From a bacterium (GTDB lineage Bacteria; UBA8248), in contig CBDATS010000005.1 in assembly GCA_965200245.1 (NCBI GenBank), forward strand, positions 544,001 to 608,000: a stretch of 64,000 bases of DNA, in the 5' to 3' direction. Positions 21,929 through 31,889 of this stretch are shown here, one piece after another. The notes beneath the pieces are model-generated. The model saw only the letters and a list, made by a program, of their open reading frames with translations. It searched no databases and had not been told where the DNA came from. The translations under genes and the position numbers were made by a program. Every line of letters begins with the position of its first letter. The stretch's first letter is position 1.

Positions 21929-22330
21929 TTACTCAGGAACACCCGAAGGTTTGACACCATGCGAAGCTCGAATTCTCGTTTTGATATTTCCCCTCACATT
22001 GAAGTCACCCTCAACCCACACCCATTTTGGAACACAAACCTCGACCAAGTCATCAAGTATCGTGTTGACCACCTGTTCATGGAAAATTTCCCGGTCCCTG
22101 TAATTATTGATGTAGAGCTTCAAGGATTTCAACTCCACAATCTTATCTCCGGGGACGTATTTGATATGGATGGTGGCAAAGTCGGGAAAATTGCTGATTG
22201 GGCAAAGACACGTGAATTCGGGAATGCTGAAATCGACAACATAATCCCGCTGCCCCGATGGATTGGGAACAGCTTCCAGCTTAGCCTCTGAGATCATCTT
22301 CGCACCATACTTCATCTCGTCTTGAGACAT
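21929..22330 (-). CDS. queF: NADPH-dependent 7-cyano-7-deazaguanine (preQ0) reductase
   Basis: 'PEFTCLCP...PDFA', QueF motif 'VELKSLKLY', 'FHE' and 'FNVRGNI'. Confidence 0.92.
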   Translation of the reverse strand: MSQDEMKYGAKMISEAKLEAVPNPSGQRDYVVDFSIPEFTCLCPISNFPDFATIHIKYVPGDKIVELKSLKLYINNYRDREIFHEQVVNTILDDLVEVCVPKWVWVEGDFNVRGNIKTRIRASHGVKPSGVPE

Positions 22331-22335
22331 TTTCG

Positions 22336-23436
22336 TTATTCTCCAGGGGTCAGATTCACCAGCAGCGCGCCGTCCTTTCGGGCCACAAACGTATCGTGCG
22401 CTTCTTGGTAATTCTTCAAGGGGAACTGATGAGTAATGTACGGTTCCACCTTCATTCTGCCTGCATGAATGAGCGCCAACACTTCATCCCCACAATTTGG
22501 GTTCGCCCTAACGCCGAAAATATCCATTTCCTCGAGCACAACACGTTTCCATGCCATATCAGGAATGTTCTCGGGGATACCGGTGATAGCGACTCGCGCG
22601 CCTTTGCCCCCACAGTCCACACTCCACTTGAAGCTATCCGTGGTTCCAGCCGTCTCCAGCACCACGTTGGCTTTCCTCCCGTCTGTCATTTCCTCGATAC
22701 GCTCTGGCACGCCACCGTCTCGATAGTTGACAACTTCAGCATCTTGCTCTTCTAAAATCGCGAGTCTCCTGCCGCCACCCACGACAATCACGCGACCTGC
22801 TCCCATCGCCTTTGAAGATTCATAGGCGAAAACGCCGATGGGACCTGACCCTAATATCACTACCGTGTCACCAGGGTTGATTCCCGCGCGCTTCGCCGTC
22901 CACAGACCACAACCAGCCGGATCCACGGCGGAACCATGCTCAAAAGACATTCCTTTTGGCATTTTGTGTAACGCGCGTATATTATTGACGACATATTCCG
23001 CATATGAGCCTTGCGTAATATGTCCATATTGCCTATGGCCCGTAATTGTATTCCCATAATTATAGCAGAGATTGTAGCGTCCGATCAGACACATGCGACA
23101 TGCTCCACATCCAGCATGACTCGTCCCCGCAACAGCATCCCCCATCTCAAGGCCGAATCCTTCGGTCATCGGTCCCATGGCTACTATTCTGCCAGCCCAT
23201 TCATGTCCCAAGATGGCCGGAAGCTGGGGCGGCCAGTTGGGTAGATGTCCGCCTTTGATGATTTCGATGTCTGTCCCGCAAATCGTGGTGCACTCTACTT
23301 TTACGAGCACTTCCCCGATGCCTGGATCAGGAACGGGGACGGATTGAATCTCCAGATTTTCAGGCGCGATCATCATGACCGCTTCCATCATGTCTCCTAT
23401 CTCTTCACCGTAGCGCACTTCAAATTGTGAGGACAT
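22336..23436 (-). CDS. Zinc-dependent alcohol dehydrogenase (MDR family)
   Basis: 'ICGTD', 'GHEWAG', 'CGACRMC...C' and 'GSGPIG'. Confidence 0.9.
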   Translation of the reverse strand: MSSQFEVRYGEEIGDMMEAVMMIAPENLEIQSVPVPDPGIGEVLVKVECTTICGTDIEIIKGGHLPNWPPQLPAILGHEWAGRIVAMGPMTEGFGLEMGDAVAGTSHAGCGACRMCLIGRYNLCYNYGNTITGHRQYGHITQGSYAEYVVNNIRALHKMPKGMSFEHGSAVDPAGCGLWTAKRAGINPGDTVVILGSGPIGVFAYESSKAMGAGRVIVVGGGRRLAILEEQDAEVVNYRDGGVPERIEEMTDGRKANVVLETAGTTDSFKWSVDCGGKGARVAITGIPENIPDMAWKRVVLEEMDIFGVRANPNCGDEVLALIHAGRMKVEPYITHQFPLKNYQEAHDTFVARKDGALLVNLTPGE

Positions 23437-23552
23437 AACGAGTTCTCCTATACCCACGTATCTTGCGGATGAATGTTTAAAATGAATGCATATTATTTCA
23501 GAGACTGGCTACATACGTCGCCGCAAGTTATTCAAAAAAAGTTGTGAATTTG

Positions 23553-26500
23553 CTATACGTTCATTTCTCCTTTATACGTTGAATGTACATCTACTTCTTC
23601 TCTAGCAAGCCATTCGCCCGTCCATATACGCCACCAAAATCGACCCACATCGTTTCCTATCAATGACATGACGGGAACCAGAACAAGAGTTATCCCCGTG
23701 GCAAAAAGGAGCCCGAAACACAAACTAATAGCCATGGGTATCAAGAATTGCGCCTGAAAGCTTTTCTCGAACAACATCGGCCCCAACCCTGCCGCGGTAG
23801 TCATTGTTGTTATAACGATCGCTCTCCATCTCGCGACACCAGCCTGCTGGAGTGCATCTTCTATTGGCATTCCGTTTTTGATACTCCGATTTGCGAAATC
23901 CAGAAGTACCAGAGAGTCATTCACCACAACACCGGTAAGCGCCAAAATACCCATCATACTCAATATGGTAATATCGAATCCCATGACGATATGTCCCCAA
24001 ATGGCGCCTACGATACCAAACGGAATGGCACTCATCACGATAAAGGGCTGAAAATAGCTTCTGAACAGCGTGGCCAAAATCACAAAAATGCCGGCAAGCG
24101 CAAGCGTAAAGCCACGAAACAAACTGCCGAATGACTCCTGCGTCTCTTTTGCCTGACCCTCAAATCTAACTCCTACTCCGGTATAACGGTTCGGAAGTCT
24201 TAGGAAGAAATTCGCATTCAGGTCGTTTAGAACCTCAGTGGGATTTGCTCGGTCCCGATCGAGCTCAGCCGTTACGTTAATCACCCTGGACCTGGCAACA
24301 CGCCTGATTTCATCAAGTCCTTGAGCCATCTCGACTTCCGCCACTTCATGGAAAGGGATTTCGGCCCCTGATGACGTTCTGACTCTCATTTTTCTGATGT
24401 CCTCGAGAGAGCGCCTCTCCTCGGGCGGATAGCGAAGTGTGACCTTCACATCATCTCTGCCACGTTGAAGACGCAGGACTTCCAGCCCGAAAAAGCGTGC
24501 GCGCAACTGACGCCCCAAGTCTTCAAGGCTCACGCCCAGTATCCGGGCCTGTGGCTTCAATGATGTTCGGATTTCAAGCTTTCCGGGCCTGAAGTCATCT
24601 TGAATATCAAATATACCGGGATATCTTTCTAGCTCCCGCTTGAACTCCGTGGCTACACTTTTCAACGCCTCAATGTCATCACCATAGAACTGTACATCGA
24701 TAGGTTTGCCACCGGGCGGGCCAGCTCGTCCAGAGCCGAAAGTAAGGCTCATTATATCTGGAATTTTCCCTGTTTTTTCGCGCCAGCGGTTTGTGATTTC
24801 CTCCCCATTTATTCCCCTGGCTTCCGAGGGCAGCAACTCCACAATCACGTGCGCCATATGGCTTCCCGCCTCGACACGTTCACGGGTTTGGCCATATTGC
24901 TGGCCCAACGTCGTAAATATATTTTTCACGATTGGCTCACCCGTTTTCGAACGAAAAACCTCATCAAGAGCAATTGCTGCCCGTTCAATCCTTTGCGACG
25001 CGTTTTTCGTTTGCTGAATCGGAGTTCCCAATGGGAACAGAATCCTGGCTTCCACCCAATCGGAATCGAATTTTGGAAAATACAAAAATCTCACATGCCC
25101 ACCCACGACCAAACCTACCGTCACCATAAAAACCACCAAAGCCAGAGAGATAACCAGATATCTGGCGCTGAGGCAAAATCCCAGAATCGGCGCATATATT
25201 TGATGGATAAGCCAGTTGATTGCTCTATCGATGGCGTTCCTGACGCGCGCAGATATTCCACCCGTCTTGGGTGGTCGCACCCAATGCCCCAAATGAGCTG
25301 GCAGAACAAATAACGACTCTACAAGAGATGCGATTAACGCGGCGATGATAGCCGCCGGAATCACCGCCATGAATTTCCCGGCAGTTCCCTCTACCATCAG
25401 CAAGGGAACGAAAGCCACAATGGATGTCACGATAGTGGCAATAACCGGCAAAATTATTTCATAAGTGCCATCAATAGCAGCTTGAACGCGATTCTTCCCT
25501 CTTTCCATGTGAGAATAGATATTTTCAGCCACTACAATTGCGTCGTCCACCAGTATTCCCAAAACCATGATGAAGGCGAACATTGAAAGCATGTTGAGAG
25601 TACCGCCAGAGAAACTCAAGAAACCCAATGCCGTCATCAGGGAGACAGGGATTCCCATAGCGACCCAAAAGGAAAGACGTATATTCAAGAACAGCCACAT
25701 GGAAATAAAAACCAAACAGAGTCCAACACGCCCATTTCTCATTAAAAGATCGAGTCGATCTCGTATCAAACGCGAGGTGTCCGACCAATGGACCAAATTC
25801 AACCCTTCGGGCAATTCCTCGCGCTTTCTCTCAACGTATTCAATAGCTGCCTTGGAAATCGAAAGCGCATCTTCCTCATCGGTACGATACACTGTGATGA
25901 GCCCGGCCGGCTTCCCATTGAACCGGCCTGTTCTATCACTGTCTTCAAAAGCGTCGACCACACGAGCAATATCGCCAAGTCTCAAGACGGCACCGTCTTG
26001 TTGGGTGAGTATTTCCAGGCGCTCGAATTCCAGACCCGTGTAACGCTTCCCCATCGTCCTGATTCTAATTCTTCGCTCCGGAGAACGGATATCCCCACCC
26101 GAGAGTTCCAGTACGTTCTTGCGAATAATATTTCTGACTCGCTCAAAAGTGAGCCCATAACGGCGCAACATCTCCTCTGAAACCTCGATTGAAATTTCCC
26201 AATCTCTCAAGCCACTCAAAACCACTTTGGATATGTTTGGCATATCCAGCAATTCATCTTTGATTTCCATGGCTTTTCGCTTCAGGATTTCTTCCGAAAC
26301 ATTGCCAAACAAAGAGATATCAACTACCTGAAGTATCTGTTTAACTTCCGCAACGATGGGCTTTTCTATGCCCGCGGGTAATGTGGTGATGCGGCCGATT
26401 TCATTTCTGATGTCTTCCATCAAATCTCGGGAATTCTTGATCCAAGTATGTAGTTCCACCCCAATTTCACATCGACCCTCATAAGCAATCGAAGTGATTT

Positions 26501-26738
26501 TTTTTACCCCCTCTACACCGGTCAAGGCTTCTTCGATTTTGATGCAAACTCCCTCTTCTACCTCTACAGGACTCGCACCTTCCCACGAAATATTGACGCT
26601 GACTCGCTCAAGGGCGAATTGAGGGAACAGTTCGCTGCGGATTTGAAAAATGGCGATAACACCGATAACCAACATTATCGCCATCATAAGATTGGCGAAA
26701 ACAGAATGACTTGTAGACCAAGTCAGAATTTGCTTCAT
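23553..26738 (-). CDS. RND efflux transporter permease (AcrB/AcrD/AcrF family)
   Basis: 1061 aa; 'GILVDDAIVVAEN' and 'GVVVNDSLVL'; two transmembrane blocks. Confidence 0.92.
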   Translation of the reverse strand: MKQILTWSTSHSVFANLMMAIMLVIGVIAIFQIRSELFPQFALERVSVNISWEGASPVEVEEGVCIKIEEALTGVEGVKKITSIAYEGRCEIGVELHTWIKNSRDLMEDIRNEIGRITTLPAGIEKPIVAEVKQILQVVDISLFGNVSEEILKRKAMEIKDELLDMPNISKVVLSGLRDWEISIEVSEEMLRRYGLTFERVRNIIRKNVLELSGGDIRSPERRIRIRTMGKRYTGLEFERLEILTQQDGAVLRLGDIARVVDAFEDSDRTGRFNGKPAGLITVYRTDEEDALSISKAAIEYVERKREELPEGLNLVHWSDTSRLIRDRLDLLMRNGRVGLCLVFISMWLFLNIRLSFWVAMGIPVSLMTALGFLSFSGGTLNMLSMFAFIMVLGILVDDAIVVAENIYSHMERGKNRVQAAIDGTYEIILPVIATIVTSIVAFVPLLMVEGTAGKFMAVIPAAIIAALIASLVESLFVLPAHLGHWVRPPKTGGISARVRNAIDRAINWLIHQIYAPILGFCLSARYLVISLALVVFMVTVGLVVGGHVRFLYFPKFDSDWVEARILFPLGTPIQQTKNASQRIERAAIALDEVFRSKTGEPIVKNIFTTLGQQYGQTRERVEAGSHMAHVIVELLPSEARGINGEEITNRWREKTGKIPDIMSLTFGSGRAGPPGGKPIDVQFYGDDIEALKSVATEFKRELERYPGIFDIQDDFRPGKLEIRTSLKPQARILGVSLEDLGRQLRARFFGLEVLRLQRGRDDVKVTLRYPPEERRSLEDIRKMRVRTSSGAEIPFHEVAEVEMAQGLDEIRRVARSRVINVTAELDRDRANPTEVLNDLNANFFLRLPNRYTGVGVRFEGQAKETQESFGSLFRGFTLALAGIFVILATLFRSYFQPFIVMSAIPFGIVGAIWGHIVMGFDITILSMMGILALTGVVVNDSLVLLDFANRSIKNGMPIEDALQQAGVARWRAIVITTMTTAAGLGPMLFEKSFQAQFLIPMAISLCFGLLFATGITLVLVPVMSLIGNDVGRFWWRIWTGEWLAREEVDVHSTYKGEMNV

Positions 26739-28060
26739 TTCACAGGAGCACCGGGAGCAACCCCATTTTGCTCGCTAAGCTTCATGCCAGAAACGGGCTC
26801 GGGAATCGAGGAAAGAATGATACGGGCGTTTTCACTTATTCCACTCCTGATAACGACGCCATCCTGATCTTTTCGAACGACTTCAACCTTCTGGATTCTC
26901 AGTTTACCCTCGTCCAGCAAATACACATGATCCTGCCTGCGTAACGCAGCCCACGGAATGACATACACATCGGGTACTGTGACGCCTTCGATTTTCACCT
27001 CAACAAACATCCCAACGAAAAGGGGAGGATGCTCTCCCGGTACCCAGTTTTTCATTGGCTCAGGAATTTCAACAACGAGCGTGAGCGCGCGCGTAGACTC
27101 ATCAAGCCCGGAATCCACGAGGGAAACTCGTCCTTTCCATTCTATCTTTTTCCCATACTGACTCCAGGATACCTTGGCAGCAGGGAAAAAAGGCTTGACC
27201 TCTTCCTGGCTGCGGGGAAAGGACACCTCACGAATACGACGAAACGCCCAACGCACATCCTCAACCGGCAGTGAGACAGGAACTTCGAGCACCGAAACAT
27301 CATAGATTTTGCCAACGGATTTGCCCGCACTAGCGAAATCCCCCACATCCAAACTCGTTTCTCGCACGCGAGCATCAAAAGGAGCCACGATTTTGGTGCG
27401 AGACAATTGCAGGAATGCTCTCTTGAGCTCCGACCGGACCGCATCCAGGGCTGCGCGTTTCTGCCTCAACTGAACGGGCAGTAGCGCCAGAATGTTTTTG
27501 ATGGACTGAACCGTTCTTTCTTGTCTGAGAAAATTTTGCTGGGATTGATCGTATTGGCCAGAGGAAATAACGCCTTGTCTTTGTAATCTTTCGTTGCGTT
27601 CCATTTCCTGAGCAACCAACTCCATATGGCGCTCGGCGATTTCTAGATCGGCCTGGTGATTCTTCTCCTCTTGCTTTAACTGTGCAATATTGGCTTGGAG
27701 TTGCGCAATTTCCGCTTTGCGGCGCTCGATAGCGATTTTGAAATCTGCGGAGTCAATTTGAAAAAGCATATCTCCTTTTTTGATGAAGCCGCCGGTCCTG
27801 AAACTAGGAGACCGCTCGATTACTTTCCCAGACACTTCAGGCACTATGGAAAGTTCCGTCTTAGGCCGAACGGTTCCGAACCCCTTCACCCAAAAGGTTT
27901 TATCCTGTTTCTTCAAGAGCATGGTCCTGACGAATCTCCGCGACTCAGAAACAGTCAAAACATCGGGTTTTGGTCGATTCTGAATTAGCTGTCTTGTAAT
28001 TACAGTTCCAGCCACCAAAACTACGATGGCCAGAACGACAAATACTTTTTGACGAGACAT
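26735..28060 (-). CDS. RND efflux periplasmic adaptor (membrane fusion protein)
   Basis: N-terminal TM segment, 'PEVSGKV', coiled coil and 'TKIVAPFD'; overlaps the RND start. Confidence 0.9.
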   Translation of the reverse strand: MSRQKVFVVLAIVVLVAGTVITRQLIQNRPKPDVLTVSESRRFVRTMLLKKQDKTFWVKGFGTVRPKTELSIVPEVSGKVIERSPSFRTGGFIKKGDMLFQIDSADFKIAIERRKAEIAQLQANIAQLKQEEKNHQADLEIAERHMELVAQEMERNERLQRQGVISSGQYDQSQQNFLRQERTVQSIKNILALLPVQLRQKRAALDAVRSELKRAFLQLSRTKIVAPFDARVRETSLDVGDFASAGKSVGKIYDVSVLEVPVSLPVEDVRWAFRRIREVSFPRSQEEVKPFFPAAKVSWSQYGKKIEWKGRVSLVDSGLDESTRALTLVVEIPEPMKNWVPGEHPPLFVGMFVEVKIEGVTVPDVYVIPWAALRRQDHVYLLDEGKLRIQKVEVVRKDQDGVVIRSGISENARIILSSIPEPVSGMKLSEQNGVAPGAPVK

Positions 28061-28213
28061 AATATGGTCAGCCTCTCCTCTCTAAGCGGTCATGAAGTGA
28101 GCCAAGAAATAAAATTTCAGGCGGGAACTATTCCGTCTGGAATCGAGCGATCCTCCTGCCTGCTTGTTCCTTGTCCACACCATCAATGAAACTCACATCG
28201 GCGTCCGCGTCTG

Positions 28214-28509
28214 CAGACAGGGAATCACCTCATTGAGCCGTTTCATCTTCTTTCGATACGAAGGCAACAACTCCGAGCGGAAACATCCACCCGAACCAAG
28301 CCGATTCCCTTCCATTTCTACTGTGAAGCCAAAGAAGCATTGCGAACCACAGTGTGACATCCCCATGTGTCACGCCGCGCGGCCTCACCCCCTCCTGAAA
28401 GCCTCCCACGCCGCCTCCACGGTCTGCCGGAGGAAGCCCTGCGCCCCACGGTCCTCAATTCATCTCGAAAGGCCGGATTCGTAAAGAATATCATCGTATA
28501 TTCTTTCAT
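28214..28509 (-). pseudogene. N-terminal remnant of an IS256-family transposase
   Basis: Fragments across frames: 'FRDEL', 'RGAQGFLRQTVEAAWEAF', 'VVRNASL..GIGLVRVDV' and 'FRSELLPSYRKKMKRLNEVIPCL'. GGAGG RBS before the ATG. Confidence 0.6.
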
Positions 28510-28631
28510 GGGGACTCACCTCCTCTCTGCTGAATGACTGGGCTTCCAACAACCCCATCTCAGCAACAGCGCCCCGTCTTCTCCTATTCAGCCCTTACAC
28601 CAAATCTGACAGCAACGAAATGGAAACCAAA

Positions 28632-29000
28632 ATGCACGAATATATCATCTGCTTCAGCGACAACTTGAAAATCGCCGTACACCTTTTCAGTCTGCCCGGC
28701 CAATGGTTCGTCTCGGCTCGGGAATATCTGTGTAACAGGATACAGCGGAAGAAAGAACTTGACCACAATCGACATGCCCGTCACTTGAGTAAAGCCATTT
28801 TTTCACCCTCGCGCCTGATTGTCGAGGTTACGCTGTCATTGCAGGCGCTCGCGGACGTCACCCCCACTGGAACAGGCCAATAGGATGCCTACGATAAAAT
28901 CACTTACCTGAAAACAGTTGAAGGCGTCGATCCCGAACAGATCGGCCTGTAAGGTACAGGTTTTGGCGGGGCGCACGCCATTTGGGTAACGGCAGGCGGC
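28632..29000 (+). pseudogene. Alpha/beta-hydrolase remnant
   Basis: 'FSDNLKIAVHLF', 'TGYSGRKNLTTIDMP', 'PDCRGY' and 'DAYDKITYLKTVEGVDPEQIGL*GTGFGGAHAIW', broken by frameshifts and stops. Confidence 0.65.
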
Positions 29001-29174
29001 GCTGATATGTGAGTTGTAGTGAACGAAGCACGTCATGCCCATCCACTATTCGAGCCTACCCCAACTCACGGGAACGCCCGAGGCGTTCATTCAGGAGCTG
29101 CGCAAGTGCGGTCTCAATACGGAGAGCATCGACTTGAAGTCAGGAGAAAACGCAACCATCTAATTTCGCTTCTG

Positions 29175-29618
29175 TTACGCGCCGGGTCTCTCGATGAGTT
29201 CGAGTGTGTTGCCGTCCGGATCCTCGACGTAGACAACGTACCCACCCTTGTTGGGGCCTTGGGTGACGGGCACGGGTGGAGAGACAAACTTCACCCCACG
29301 GGGCGCGAGTGTCTCGTACATCCCTTTGAGATCATTGACATTGTATGCGATATGCGCGCTGCCCACGTTGTTCGTGGCGGTATCTATCTTGACGCCGGGT
29401 GCGCCGACATACTCCACGAGTTCGATATGGTAGTCCACACCCCGGACGTAGATGATGCGAAGGTCGGCACCCGGGATACCAGTCACCTTCTCGCTATAAT
29501 CCTGGGGTCGAGTCTCGTCCGAAACGATAGTAAAACCAAGCATTTCGCAGTACCATTTTGCTATCGCAGAAGCGTCAGAGACCGTAAAACTCGTATGGTT
29601 GATACTCACAAGACCCAT
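29175..29618 (-). CDS. VOC (glyoxalase-like) family protein
   Basis: 'INHTSFTVSD', 'IELVEY', 'HIAYNV' and 'EDPDGNTLELIE'; GGAGG RBS. Confidence 0.88.
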   Translation of the reverse strand: MGLVSINHTSFTVSDASAIAKWYCEMLGFTIVSDETRPQDYSEKVTGIPGADLRIIYVRGVDYHIELVEYVGAPGVKIDTATNNVGSAHIAYNVNDLKGMYETLAPRGVKFVSPPVPVTQGPNKGGYVVYVEDPDGNTLELIERPGA

Positions 29619-29975
29619 CTTGTGCCTCCTTTAAAGCTATCGGTTCGGGAACGCATTCCCCCTGTTTCCGCCGTTTTCAAAGACGCAATTATGGCATAGC
29701 GAGGTGTCCAAATTTCAGAAAAACATCGTGAATTCATCTGAATTTATCGAGGTCGATCGCAGCACCAGAGTGACCACCAAGAAAGGAAATTCAGGGAATT
29801 ATAAACAAAAACATACCAAAGATACCCGAGTTTTTCGCACTGCCAGAGTATCCGTCCCCTCCCCGGCAAATCAGGCGCGTATTCATTGGTTCCGCCGGGG
29901 CGGGGTGACGGCGCACTTCATTTTCGCTACAAATGCTCCCTGTTGTCTCTTCTATTTCCTTTTCGGGCGGACGGT

Positions 29976-31394
29976 ATGATGGCGTATCTGAGCGCGGCGG
30001 CGAACGTGCTCGTTCATGTTCCCGATCTGGTTCGCTACGGCTCGAAACCCTGGCGCGAAGCTCAAGGAAAAGAGCAAGCACCGGGCAGCGAGTTCGTCGG
30101 GTTGCGCTCTTTCAAAGATGCGCTCAGCTACCCACCGAACCAAGCGTTCATCGGTAATATCACGCCAGAGAAAATGAATGACATTCCCTCTCCTTGGTAC
30201 GAGAATCCCCTGCTAGACGCCTCGCACGAAAGCCCCTTTGGGGAAATCCTACCACAGAGTGCCTTCTACACCCTTATTGAGGCGGCGGATCAGTTCGGGC
30301 TAATAATGCTTGATAAGGAACGTATTGATTCAGGCGTTGTGAACTCTGAATCCGCCGCCGCTCTTCTCGATAGAGAAAAACCTGCCAAGGAATACAAGCG
30401 AGAAGAGATTTCAGAACGTATCGAGCGTGGAGAGGCCTTGCCGCTTTTCGTGGCCAGCGAACTCCTTGGGTGCGTTCGCCGCGATCATGACGCGGACGAA
30501 TCCTTGGACGCACGTATTCTTCTGGAGAACCTCGCGGCCAAGGCCAGCGGCGCTTACGCCTTAAGCCGTCTGCTCACGCAGGAGAGCATCGCGCCGGAAC
30601 AGATAGAGTACGTCATCAGTTGCTCGGAAGAGGCGGTAGGGGACCGATACAATCGCGGCGGTGGCAATCTCGCCAAGACCATCGCCGAGATGGCGGGCTG
30701 CGTGAATGCAGCGGGCGTGGACGTCAAGTCTTTCTGCGCGGCGCCTGTCAATGCGCTCGTTCACGCTGCAGCCTTGATCGAGGCGGAGGTCGTTGAGAAC
30801 GCCGTCGTCGTAGGCGGCGGCTCCATGGCGAAACTCGGCATGAAGGCCTACTTCCATCTCGAAAAGGGAGTACCCGTGCTGGAAGACGTATTAGGCGGAT
30901 TGGCGTTTTTTCTCACGAAAAATTCGGGCGATGGTCCTCGGGTGAATCTCGAAATCTCGGGACGCCACGTGATGGGCAAGCCTTCCACGCCCCAAGGACT
31001 TGCGGAGGCGCTCGTGCGCGACCCACTGGCCCGCGCCAGGCGCAAGCTGACGAGCGTCGATAAGTACGCCGTCGAACTGCATAACCCAGAAATCATGCTG
31101 CCCGCCGGTGCGGGAGACGTCGCTGCCGCGAACTATAGAATGCTGGCCGCCTTGGCAGTTATGGGCGGGGAAATCGAACGCGAGGAAATTCCGGGTTTCA
31201 TCAAAACCCACGGGATGCGCGGATTTGCGCCCACACAGGGACACATCCCCGCCGGCGTTCCCTTTCTCGGGCACGCGCTTGAGAGGATGCGAACAGGCGC
31301 GCTTGTGAGTACAATGGTTGTAGCCAAAGGGAGTCTGTTTCTGGGCCGGATGTCCCGCCAGGCCGACGGGGCTTCAGTGCTGTTGGAAACGTGA
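29976..31394 (+). CDS. grdC: Glycine/sarcosine/betaine reductase component C, beta subunit
   Basis: '[12 protein letters not shown]', '[10 protein letters not shown]', '[16 protein letters not shown]', 'FCAAP', 'ELHNPEI', '[10 protein letters not shown]' and 'KGSLFLGRM'. Confidence 0.88.
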   Translation: MMAYLSAAANVLVHVPDLVRYGSKPWREAQGKEQAPGSEFVGLRSFKDALSYPPNQAFIGNITPEKMNDIPSPWYENPLLDASHESPFGEILPQSAFYTLIEAADQFGLIMLDKERIDSGVVNSESAAALLDREKPAKEYKREEISERIERGEALPLFVASELLGCVRRDHDADESLDARILLENLAAKASGAYALSRLLTQESIAPEQIEYVISCSEEAVGDRYNRGGGNLAKTIAEMAGCVNAAGVDVKSFCAAPVNALVHAAALIEAEVVENAVVVGGGSMAKLGMKAYFHLEKGVPVLEDVLGGLAFFLTKNSGDGPRVNLEISGRHVMGKPSTPQGLAEALVRDPLARARRKLTSVDKYAVELHNPEIMLPAGAGDVAAANYRMLAALAVMGGEIEREEIPGFIKTHGMRGFAPTQGHIPAGVPFLGHALERMRTGALVSTMVVAKGSLFLGRMSRQADGASVLLET

Positions 31395-31426
31395 TTCGTC
31401 TGTTTATCCGCAGGCGGAGGATACTA

Positions 31427-31879
31427 ATGTTTGAGGGCAAAAAGGTGATCGCGTTGGGCGAGCGCGACGGCGTTCCCGGCCCGCTTATCGCGGAATGCCT
31501 CAAGGCAGCGGGTGCAGAGGTCGTGTTCGAAAAGACGGAGTGTTTCGTCTGAACCTCCGCGGGTGCCATGGACCTGGAGAACCAGACCACTATCAAATCG
31601 ATCGCGGATGAAATCGGGGTGGATAATCTGATAGTGGTGGTGGGAATACCCGGTGAAGGCCTTCGGCTCGTAGTCGAAACGCTGACCACCGGGGACCCGA
31701 GTTGGGCCGGGCCCCTGGCGGGAGTTCAGTTGGGGCTCCCCGTGTTCCACATCCTTGAGGAAAAGGTGCGGACCCTTATTCCCGAGGATGTGTACACCGA
31801 GAAACTGCTCATGATGGAAATGGTGCTCGATCTGACGCAGATAGAGAGCGATCTGGCTTCTATGCGAGCGGCGGGCTAG
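31427..31879 (+). CDS. grdA: Glycine/sarcosine/betaine reductase selenoprotein A (150 aa, Sec42)
   Basis: GGAGG RBS; reads [19 protein letters not shown]...TECFV-U(TGA 31550-31552)[11 protein letters not shown]; also '[21 protein letters not shown]'. Confidence 0.93.
31555..31579 (+). promoter_or_regulatory. Putative SECIS hairpin of grdA
   Basis: Bulged stem-loop CUCC..GGGU..C-CAUG-GACCUGGAG immediately 3' of the UGA. Confidence 0.4.
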
Positions 31880-31889
31880 GGGGGCGATC

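Noticed and set aside
21929-22330. queF as part of a Dpd (7-deazaguanine DNA modification) system with the helicases
   Set aside because: No dpdA/tgt-like, dpdB-K or queCDE genes are present. queF is 6 kb away in a different cluster, and Dpd uses preQ0 upstream of QueF.
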